Positions 47,542 to 57,541 of a stretch of 64,000 nucleotides of DNA are shown here, piece by piece; position 1 is the stretch's first letter, and the number at the start of each line of letters is the position of its first letter. The DNA is from Raillietiella orientalis (taxonomy: Eukaryota). Under the pieces are notes generated by a model that was given only the letters and a program-made list of their open reading frames with translations, was not told where the DNA came from and did no database searches. The stretch is taken from assembly GCA_036172245.1 (NCBI GenBank), contig JAYWIR010000043.1, positions 124,001-188,000 on the forward strand. Direction: 5' to 3'. The translations under genes and the position numbers were made by a program.

Positions 47542-50500
47542 TCACTGACCACTGGGAGGAGGGTCCATCCTTCGCAGGATGCCCTCGAGGTCCGTCCGTA
47601 TAATTCCCAGTTGGGGCCATCTGGTCACAATCCGCAGGTAGCGGACTGCAAGTACGACGGCATCCCTGTCGTGGCTCGGTCTTCTGACGTTGCTCCAGCA
47701 CGTCACAATCCCGCGTACGCAGCAAAGTGCAATCAGGGTAGCGGCTGGACGCAGGGCATCATGCAGGAACAGAAGCCGAAAAACGTCTCTGGGCTGGCTG
47801 CCCTTTTGGATCCGTAGGGAGGCACGAAGACGTTCCTACAGGGGTCGGAGGGCAGCACAATCGACAAGGAGGTGGAGGAGGGTTTCCCGTTCCCCACACC
47901 TGATGCAGGCAGGATCTACTCGACCCCTGGTCCAGTGGTGGCGGCGTGCGTTGCAGGGTAGACCCCAATGCAACAACAGAAGCGCCGACTCCTGCCACTT
48001 TAGGGGGAGGATCCTAGAACCAATTAATACCGGGGGCCACTTCAGGTCATCCGGCTGGATGCCGAGTAGCTCACCCCATCTCTGGAGTCCTCTCGGCTGG
48101 ACACTAGGGGTACTGCCGTCCGCCAGTTCACCCGTGGACCAGCCGCTGATCAACTTCTCCTTGCCTGCGATGCGGCAGGAGACATGCCACCTAGGCTTGC
48201 GGCTGCTGGAGAGCGCCCTCCTCAGGAAGGGCATCGCCGTAGCTAGGGGGGTTGTCTCTGCCCACGTGCTTCTCGCGGGACACTGGAGTAGCTTCCGCTG
48301 AGTGCAGCGGGAATAGGCGCCGCGTCGCAAGCAGTTCCACATCTCTCCGTTCTTCTGGTTTATCTTCGCCCACGTGCCAGCTGTCTCCTCCAGCCATGCG
48401 GAGGAGTTGGCGGGGCTGCATACCATCCAGCCGTTTTCCTTAGCCAGAGTTGCCATGCGTCCCAGGAGAAGTCCGCATCTCTTGATCTTCTTGCCACGGC
48501 AGAGAAGATAGGACGCTAGACCCTTTGTTCCGGATACACGGCTGGCAAGGAGTCGGGCCGGAACGCACCAAGGGGTGCTCCATAACTTCGCTGCGATGTT
48601 GAGGGTTCGCCAGCGCAGCTGAATCTTTACTCGCTCCATCGTCAAGAGGCAGAGACCGCCATCCCGATGTGGAGCACACTAGTCTTTCAACGGGACTCGG
48701 GGCCTCCCTCTTCCCCAAAGGGCAATTCTCAGAAGATCCTTCGTCCGTTTTCTCAACTCTCTGGGGACGGGGCAAACAAAAAGCAGGGGGCGGAGGATAG
48801 GAGCCGCAAACGCGTTCCATACCGCGGCCCGTTCCGGAAGGAGAAACTTGTCTTCCAGGAACGGGCCGATCGCCGTTTCCTCTTTTTGGAGGCAGCCGAA
48901 CCACGCTTCCGCAGGGGAGTAGTCCCCCAACGGCACACCAAGGTACTTCAAGCACCTCGCCGTGGGGATCTACAAGCGGACCCAGTCCTGCTGCCCAGCC
49001 CACGCCGCACCGACTGGAACCACCGTCGACTTCGCCCTGTTGACCTGCAGTCCGGTCCCACGGCTGAGCAGATCGAAGAAGTCTCCGACCGCCTTCGCTG
49101 GGGTGGACATAGGTAACAGGAGCAGAAGGTCGTCGGCATAGGCTGCTACGGCGGGCGTGCCGGGACACGAGCTAGGCAAGGGGGCCAAAGTCACCCTATA
49201 CGCTCTCAGCATTAACTCAAAGTAGGTGCTAAAGAGCAGGGGACTGAGGCTGTCGCCCTGCCGTATGCCCCGCCGTACCGGCACGCCGTAGGCCATTTGA
49301 CCTCTGAAAGAGATATTGATCAGCGTGCTGCGCCAGCAAGAGCGCAGGTAGGTTAGTAGGGAGGGAGGGAAGCCCATGCGTCCGAGGAGCTCCAGCAGGA
49401 GATCCTGGTCCACGCAGTCAAACGCTTTGTGCAGATCGACTGCGATCGCTAGGGCTCCCTTCCCCACCTGGGAGTCCTGTCCCTGCCCGGCTGACGCTCC
49501 CAAAGCGGGGCTGGCAATCCTTCCCTCTTCCTTTTCTTGACTACACTGCACATGAAACCATGTGCTCGCGAAGAAAAGGCTGGCCTCCATACTTCGCCCG
49601 GGAACAGCGTAAGTCTGCTCCGGGCTAATTATGGAATTGGCCACCTGCCCCAGACGCGAAGCCCACAGTCCGGCGATCAACTTGGCGTCCGTGTTCACAA
49701 TTGTGATCGGACGCCAGTTGCTGAGTTTCCTGAGGTCTCCTCCTTTCGGAAGGAGCCTCACTCTGGCTGACCGAAACGAGGCGGGTACATCGCCTTCATC
49801 TCGGATCAGCCTTGTCAACTCAAGCACCAGGGGTGCCAACTCTGCCGCGAAGCATTAAAAAAACTCCGCAGGCAGGCCGTCCTCCCCTGGTGCTTTCCGC
49901 CTTTTGAGCCTTTTGATACCGGCGAGAATTTCGCCGGTGGTAAAAGGCTCGTCGAGGCTTTCCTTCTCCTCCTCCCCTATTGCCGGGGCACCGTTCGGAA
50001 GCAAGCGCCGAGAGGCATCTTGGTCCGAGGGCGCCCTGGCGTAAAGGGAGGAATAAAAACGCCGCACGAGGTGCCGTATTCTAGCCGGAGCCGAGTGCTC
50101 CCGGCCCTGGTCGTCCAGCAAGCTGGCCGATCCGGATTGCTAGGCTTGACGTTCGGCCCCAGCTCGGTACTCTGCCAGGCGACGGACATTGGGGGTCCTC
50201 TCGTACCGGCGGGCCTGTGAATAGGCCCTATGGTTCCGAGTTCCTTCCCCAAATCCGGGGCACAGGCGGTGCAGGGGGAACTCCTCGCAGAACTCGCGGA
50301 CCGAGGCCTTGAAGAAGTCCCAATCTTTGAGACTGTGGAGGGTGACGGCTCTCAGGAATTCGCGAAGGTGTTCCTTCGCACCTGAGAGTCGCGTCCAGTC
50401 CCCAGGCAGACGCCACGCCCTGGATGGGGGGCCCTTGTCGCGCGGGCACACCTCGAATATCAACCGGAAATGGTCAGACAGCTCCGACGCAACTTTCCCC

Positions 50501-51129
50501 CGTTTGCCGACCCGTGAACACAGGTCGAAATCCAGGAAGACGTGGTGGATGCTGCTGACCATTTCCGAAAGATCCTCTAACAAGTTGCGCGTGCGCATGG
50601 CGGCGCACAACTCGTTAGCCGTCCGTTCCTGTGCGTGTGGCTCACCTGAAAGCAGGCGGAGATTAAAGTTCCCCGCTATCAGGTGAGCCACGCGCACGTT
50701 CGCCTCCACCAGCCAGTCGCGCTTCAGGGTTTCCAGGAACGCCTTACGTTCCTGGTACCTGGTAGGACCGCTCGGAGCGTACACATTTGTTACGACGAGG
50801 TCGATCGTGTCGGACCACCTGAGAATCATCTGGCCGACACGACCGGCTTCGTCGAAGCGCACGCCCTTCACGGCTGCGTCGACTGCCGGCTTCATGAAAA
50901 ACGCGACGCCGCAGGTGTATCGGGTTGCGCATTGCCACATCAACCGTCCCCCTGCGATCCTTTCGATCTCCTGGGCGTTCTCCGCGGTGATCACGTGGAT
51001 CTCCTGCAGGAGTGCCAGGTCGAAGTCACGAAGGGTGGCGGCCGTGTCCCGTCTGTTGCCGTCGTCGCGCAGCCCGTTCACGTTCCAGCAGGCCACGCGT
51101 AATCGACGGCGACAGGCGAGCCCATGTGT
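47542..51129 (-). pseudogene. L1-G ORF2 (APE endonuclease, RT, CCHC)
   Basis: WNVNGL, LQE, GNFN, SDH, KAPGEDG, DLHKAFD, YADD, CIRCGERETLLHLLVDC; several stops. Confidence 0.93.
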
Positions 51130-53173
51130 TACTCCTGGGAAAGTGGCAATGGGGCTCCCGCCACCTGGTCGGGCGGGACGGATGGAGGCATGGGGGCACC
51201 GCCCAGCGGTTCTCCCACCTCCATGGGGGCCGATTCCTCGGCGGACCGCAAGGGTTGAAGGGAGCATGCTTCACGCACCTGCTTCCCCTCTTCCATGGGG
51301 GCCGATTCCCCGACTGCGATGGACGGCAAGGGGGAGCGGTTCTCAGCTGTCTGCTCCCCCTCTTCCATGACCATCTTCTCCGCAGGCTCCACCGGTGGAA
51401 GGGGGAGGCAATGCTCTACCTGCTCCCCCTCCTCCATGGGGGTGGCCGGCTGCTCGGTGGCGGAGGGTGGGAGAATTCCTCCCTCCGTTCCCACGCTGCC
51501 AGCTTCCCCCTCGGCTGCCGGTGCGTCCCCCTCGCTCTTCGTCGGGATGCGCCTCTTGGGATTCCTGGACTTCCGTCCAGTCTTCTTCGGAGGCGCCTCC
51601 GTGGAGGAGGACGCACTTCCGGCATCCGGGTCGTGGTCACCTGTCGGAGATGCCCTGGTCGCTGCTGGCCTTCGCAAGGCCTTTCGCGCGCCGTTCTCAC
51701 GGTCGGCGAGTTCGGCCGCGAGCTCTTCCGCCGCCTGCTGGAAGGCGGCCTCGTCGATCGCGGCGAGCGCGTCGCGCGGTTCCCCCTCTGTTTGCACAGA
51801 GGGTTCGCCTTCCGTGATCGCGTTATCGTCGGCGTCGACGCGGGGGAAATCTCCCCCGGTGGCGGTCTCGGGTACCTCCACACGCTCCAAAGCGACCGAA
51901 CATTCGCGGATCAACGCGCGGCGTTGTCTCCTATTTAAAGGAGACGTCGCGGGTTCCGCTGTCGATCCTTCGGTTTTCTTTGGTTTCTTAGCTTTAGGCT
52001 TCGCCTTCTGCCAGCCTTCGCTCTTTTCAGCGTGGTCGGTAGATTCCACGACCGGCGTTTGCTGTACGGGCTCGGGCTCCGCCTATGGGTTCCGCTCACG
52101 GGTGCCTTCGCAGGGTTTTCCGTAGCCTCCGCGCGTTTCCCTTTGGCCTTTTTCAAGGCAGCGGGAGCCAGGGGTTCGCGCTTCGGGCACACTTTGCGGA
52201 GGTGGCCCTTCTCTCCACAGTGGAAACACTGGATGTGAGGGCACCGCTTTTTCAGGTGCCCTGTGGCATCACAGTGTCCACAGTATTTGGGCTTGCCCAC
52301 GTACCAGACGTCGAAGGTCTCGTTGCCGACGTCTAGTTTGTGGGGTAGCCTACTGTTTTCGTGGACGGTTACACGCGCACCAGCCATGCCACTAAACAGT
52401 CTTCCGTAAATCTGGAAGACGTTGGGCTTGGGCCATACCTCGTGAACCGTTCCGTATTTTCCGAGTTCCTCCTGCACGTCGGCTTTCGACATGCGGGGGG
52501 TGACTCCCGTGAGGTGCGTCACCACGAAGCGATCCTCCGTTACCGGGAAAATCTTTCGGCCTTCCAGTGTGATTGGCGCATTCAGGAGGTGTTGAGCAAG
52601 GCTTGCATTTCTGCAAGTCAGCTCCACCCGCTGACCACCACTCAACACGGAAAGACCTTCCAGGTCTTCCTCTTTTACGTTCAACCGCTGCAACTCCCTT
52701 TCGAAGTTGCGAGCGGTGTTCCCGACAAACAGATTGCCTACCTTGTATATCAGGGACGGCTTGTGTCCCTGCTCCAGGTAGGCTTTCTGCTCGGCGAGGG
52801 CTGCAGGAGATGGAGCTGCAGCCACTGAACTCCAGGTCCTCGGCGATGCCGAAGACGCATTCGAGGGTGCAGGTGCCCCTTTTTTGAAGGAGGCGGTTGC
52901 GCCCTTTTCCAGGGTTGCGGTTGTCCCCTTTTTCAAGGAGGCGGTTGCGCCCTTTTCCAGGGTTGCGGTTGACCCCTTTTTCAAGGGGGCTTTTGCCCCC
53001 TTTTTCAAGGGGGCCTTTGCCCTCGCTTCCGAGGCGGCGGTTGCCCCCTTTTTCAGGGGTGCGGCTGCCGTCGCCTCCGTGGGGGCGGTTGCCTCCACCT
53101 CCGTAAATTGGGGAGAGGAACAAGCCTCTCCCCCTCCTATATCCATCGCGGTGTCCTCAGGCATTTCTGCCAT
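51129..53173 (-). pseudogene. L1-G ORF1 (gag-like, 2 CCHC, KKGA and PMEEG repeats)
   Basis: MAEMPEDTAM...CGHCDATGHLKKRC...CFHCGEKGHLRKVC; frameshift near 52090; ends PLSQE*. Confidence 0.9.
52875..53060 (-). repeat. Coding minisatellite (24-bp unit) in L1-G ORF1
   Basis: Encodes APLKKGA / APLKKGS / ATLEKGA / ASLKKGT / ASFKKGA octapeptide repeats; absent from the other ORF1s in the window. Confidence 0.85.
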
Positions 53174-53276
53174 TGGACACCGCAGATGTTTCACACACAA
53201 ACACAAAAGAAACCAAACGCTTTACACCAGGCGCGGAGGAGCGCTACAAAAACACGTCTGCACGCCAAGTTGCTGG

Positions 53277-55395
53277 CTAAGGTTTGGGCAGAGCGTCTGG
53301 GACGGGTTGCCAACATCTTCATCAGCCCGCAACAGACATATGCTGTTCCCGGGCGAAGCATGGAGGCGAACCTGTTCCACGCTTCCACCTGGCTAGAGCT
53401 CCAACATGAAAGGAGCTTGGTGCGCAGCCGGAATTCCGGTGCGTGCGCCGGCAGGGGGTTGGATGGCCGGGTGGGGGAGGGAGCCCTTGCGGTCGCAATC
53501 GACTTCCGAAAAGCATTCGATTGCGTCGACCAGAATCTCCTTCTAGAGCTTTTAAAACGCTTGTGCTTCCCGGCCTCATTAGTCGCCTATCTGCGCTCCT
53601 GCTGGCGGGATGCGCTCATCAATGTTACTTTCAGCGGGCAGACCGTGCACGGCGTGCCGGTGCGGCGTGGGATCCGGCAGGGAGACAGCCTGAGCCCCTT
53701 GCTCTTCAGTACCTACTTTGAGTTGCTACTGAGAGCGTACAGGGGAACTCTGGTGCACCTGCCGCACGAATGTGCCGGTACGCCGGCCGTTTCAGCATAC
53801 GCAGACAACCTTCTGCTGCTGCTCCTTATGTCCACCTCGGCGGCGGCGGTCGAGGAGTTCTTCGACCTGCTGCATCGGGAAACCGGACTTACGGTGAACA
53901 GGGCGAAGTCGTCCGTGATGGCAGTTGGTGCGGCGTGGGCAGGGCAGCAGGACTGGGTCCGTTTGGTGATCCCCACGGTGAGGTACTTCAAGTACCTTGG
54001 TGTGCCGTTGAGGGACTACTCCTTTGCGGAAGCGTGTTCCGGCTGCCTTCGAAAAGTAGAGACGGCTTTCGGCCTGTTCCGAAGCGGCAGGTTTTTCATG
54101 CCTGAACGGGCCGCGGTTTGGAACACGTTCGCGGCTCCTCTCCTCCGCCCCCTGCTTCTTGTTTGCTCCCCCACAGAGAGACTTAAAAAGCGAACAAAGG
54201 ACCTCCTCCGTAGCGCCCTTTGGGGCAACGGGAGGGCCCGAGTCCGCTTAAAGGACTTGTGCGCTCCTCGTCGGGATGGTGGTCTGGGCCTCCTGACGCT
54301 GAGCGGCTGGAGCTTCAGCTCCAGTTCCGATTGTCCGCACTCGTTCCAGAGTTGTGGTGAACCTGTTGGTGCGTCTCTGCACTTCTCCTTCTCCAGCAAG
54401 CCACCGGTAAGACGGCACTGACGTTGTTTCTTGCACTCCGTCGCCGCGTCAACCGATGCGGACTCCAGCTACGGAGGGTGGCTGCGCTGTATCGCAAAAA
54501 CCCAGGATTGCTCACCTGTCGCTCTTTGAACGGTAGTGCCTGGTTGCAGGAAACCGTTCGAACTTGGGGACAGTTCGGCATGCAACGCTCCCAACAGGAA
54601 CGAAGGTTCCTGTTGAAGGGTTAGAGAAGTTGCACGCTCCACGAGATCCTGGAGGATCTAAAGAAGAGACCGTGGGCAGGAAGAACCCTCCTCGCTGCTA
54701 CGCTGCCCTCCCTGATGGAAAATCTGGACAGAGATGTTGCGGCTAAGTTGGTGGTTACAGTAACAATCTCCGGAAAGGAGAAAAAGATAGGAGAGTGGAA
54801 GACGGGCCAGTTAACAGACGCTGCGACCCCGTGTACGCCTCCTAATGGACTTCTGCGCTGGGGCACGCTGCTCGATGTTCCCACTGAACATCTGAAGTGG
54901 CCCCCGGTGCTCATGAACACTTCCGCCCTCCCCTCAAAATAACAGGAATCGGCTCTCCTGTTGCAGCACTAAGGACTCCCCTGCAACGCCCGCCGACACC
55001 ACTGGACCTGGGGAGCGGTGGACCACAATTGCGTCAAGTGTGGGAAACGGGATTCCCGCCCCCACCTGCTAGTGGATTGTGTTGCCCTTCGGCCCCTTTG
55101 GTTTCGCTTTGCAGCGGCCATCGGAATCCCCTGCAGCAACCTTAGGGACGCACGGAAAGCCCTCTTCGTTGCCGACGCCCTTCGGCTAGCGGCCTCGTTA
55201 GCAGCTCTGTGCTGCCTCCGCGGGATCGTCGTCGCCTGGAGCAAGGCTACGGGAGGACCACACGACCAAGGTGCCATGCAGCCAGCCTCTTAGTTCCTGA
55301 GAAGGGCGATCCGATGGCCCCACCTAAATCCAGGAATACAGATGGAGCTTGCCGGCATCCTGCAAAGGATGCAACGGCCCCACCAGCAACTGTGA
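53277..55395 (+). pseudogene. L1-C ORF2, 3' part (RT, CCHC)
   Basis: DFRKAFD, RQGDSLSP, YADN (mutated), KYLGV, CVKCGKRDSRPHLLVDC; multiple lesions. Confidence 0.9.
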
Positions 55396-55628
55396 TACCT
55401 TCCCGTACCCTCCCAGTTTTTTCTTTTCTTTCTGTTTTCTTTCTTTGTTTTTCTGCTTTCCCCCTGCTGCCGTGGTGGACCGTACCGGTCTTCGAACCAG
55501 TGACCCGGCAGGCTCTGTGTTTCTTCGTGCGTGGCTGGAACAATGGTCCAGCCACTGCACGTCTTTGTAAATGTTTATTTTAGAATAAACGCTTCGGTGA
55601 AATCCGGGTGAAAATCGAACGCCTTGTG

Positions 55629-57541
55629 TGCTCTAGGGCGGACGTGTTTTCTCGGTGCTCCTCGTGCCAGGAAGTCTCCCCGTCGTGTGGTTCTGTGGTC
55701 GATCAGGCAGCAATGCATGACCCGACCACCAGGGATGGAAAGGGGGTAGCGGCAACTCCGTCCTCAGTGGCGATGGAAGGCGAGGGGGCGGCGACAACTT
55801 CGCCCCCAGAGGCGATGTAGATGGAAGCATCGTCCCCCAAAAAATCGGTCCCCGTTACAGCGCGGGCGTGGAGCGCCGTTGTGTCGGGGCCATTGTCTGC
55901 AGCCGCGGCGGAATTGTCTGCGTATGTGTAGAAGGGGTATAACTTCTCACTGTTTTACAAGGTAGGCAATGTTTATTCTTTACAGAGTGCGCGCGCCTTC
56001 TCGAAGGGGATGCGAGCTCTTCATGTGAAAGAGGAAAAGCTCAGCGCTATGATCATCCTCAGCGGGGGTCAGTACGCTGAGGTCATCTGCAAACAAGCAG
56101 AGCTGGCCTAACGACTGCTTAAAACCCCCGTGGTGATGGGGACGCGCAGGCTTCTTCCTATTGCGGCGGACCGCAGCATGGTGGTCCACCTGTTAGGTGT
56201 TTTTGCGCGGATACGCAAGGAACAGGTTCGTGCAGCGTTGGAGGAATACGTTACGGTCCACGCGCAGTGGACGAAAGTTAGTCCTTTCGAGGACTACACA
56301 GGGCTGGAACACATCCTCACGGCTCTGCGCGTGACCGCTCGGGAGGACTGCACCCTTCCCCACAATCTGGTGGTCGAAGGCGAAACCGTTGATATCTGGT
56401 ATGTGAAGAAGCCGAAATACTGCGGCTTGTGCAATACGGCGGGATACATCAAAAAGAGGTGTCCCAATGTGAAGTGCCAAGTATGCGGAACCATGGGACA
56501 CACGAGGGAGGTGTGCCGTGAAGCAGCAGTGCGGGTGGTTTCCAAGAGAAACCTTAAAAAACGCTCCCGGCTGCTGCAGAAGAGGCTGGCGGCGAAATAT
56601 GCCGCGATAGCTGTGCCAACCGCGCCCAGGACCCAGGCCGCAGCCGAGTCACAGGCGACCTACGCCGGCAAAGTTGAGGGAACCGGTCAGAGACTGGGTA
56701 GCAAGTGGCAACGGCCAGAAAATCAAAGAAGGAAAGGAGGATGAAAAAAAAAATCACCTATGAACGAAGGAAGAAAGAGCAGGGTAGCGCGATAATTAAA
56801 GAATGCAGCGTCGTTGTCGAACGCGTTCCTGATGTTGGCGAACGCTGCCAGAAAGAACTCGCCGCTGCCGACGACCATCCGTCTATTGACTCTGTCAACA
56901 TCGAGGACAGGGAGCCGGCGGCGGCGTCCGTCATCGACATCACCATCGAAGACGAAGCCTTCGAGCGAGCGGCGGAGGAGCTGGCTGACTTCTTGCAGCC
57001 GCCCGCCTCCAAGGCTGGCAAGAAGGCCTTAAGGCGTCCGGCTTCCTCTTAGGAGTCTTCCACTTCCGACTACGAGGTGGATGCCGGAAGCGCTCCTCAG
57101 TTTTCACGGCATTCTGCAAGAAGGCTGGACGTAAGTCCACAAAGCCGAGGAAGATCGTCTCCACCGTCGAAGCGGAAGAGATGGCTTCCGGAAGCGTGGG
57201 TGCCATGTGAGTGAGAAACTCGCTGGACCCGTCGCCCAAGAGACTCCCACGCGCGTACACGGAGAGGATGGAGGAGGTGGAGGCCGATCAGGTAACTCAG
57301 GTGCCTGAGAAGGCCGAAATCCCCTTGGACATCCCGCCTGCCTCGCATGATGCGGGCTCCCCCTCACCTTTATCTTCCCAGCAGTAATGCCGGAAATCTC
57401 CTACCGCTTTCGTCTGCGCTTCGCCGTTTGGAACGTGAACTGCATGACAGACGACGGAGGAGACGAGACATGGCCGCCCTTCTAGAATCTTTCGCTGCTG
57501 CAGGAGATCCACGTGATCTCTGCAGAACAAACGCAAGAGAT
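55629..57541 (+). mobile_element. L1-H: second, more decayed copy of the L1-C family (5' end, ORF1, start of ORF2), interrupted by L1-I
   Basis: 5' TGCTCTAGGGCGGACGTGTTTT matches the L1-C start; ORF1 colinear with L1-C (CGLCNTAGYIKKRC, CQVCGTMGHTREVC); TAATG at 57385-57389. Confidence 0.9.

Larger units (their letters stand above)
47337..53261 (-). mobile_element. L1-G: full-length element (5925 bp) nested antisense in the L1-C RT region
   Basis: Perfect 15-bp TSD ACGCCAAGTTGCTGG (47322-47336 and 53262-53276); 5' AGACGTGTTTTT; 3' AATAAACGCCCCGGCGTGACTGGGTGGCAA. Confidence 0.96.
26719..55614 (+). mobile_element. L1-C: full-length L1/Tx1-like element (~5.55 kb net) in three pieces (26719-28096, 45494-47336, 53262-55614), split by L1-D and L1-G
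   Basis: 5' GGACGCGTTTT at 26730. ORF1 from 26813 resumes after L1-D (LQPQPS|KAGKK). ORF2 from 45876 resumes after L1-G (DAKLL|AKVWAERL). 3' AATAAACGCTTCGGTGAAATCCGGGTG at 55584-55610. Flanked by a degenerate 14-bp duplication. Confidence 0.9.
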
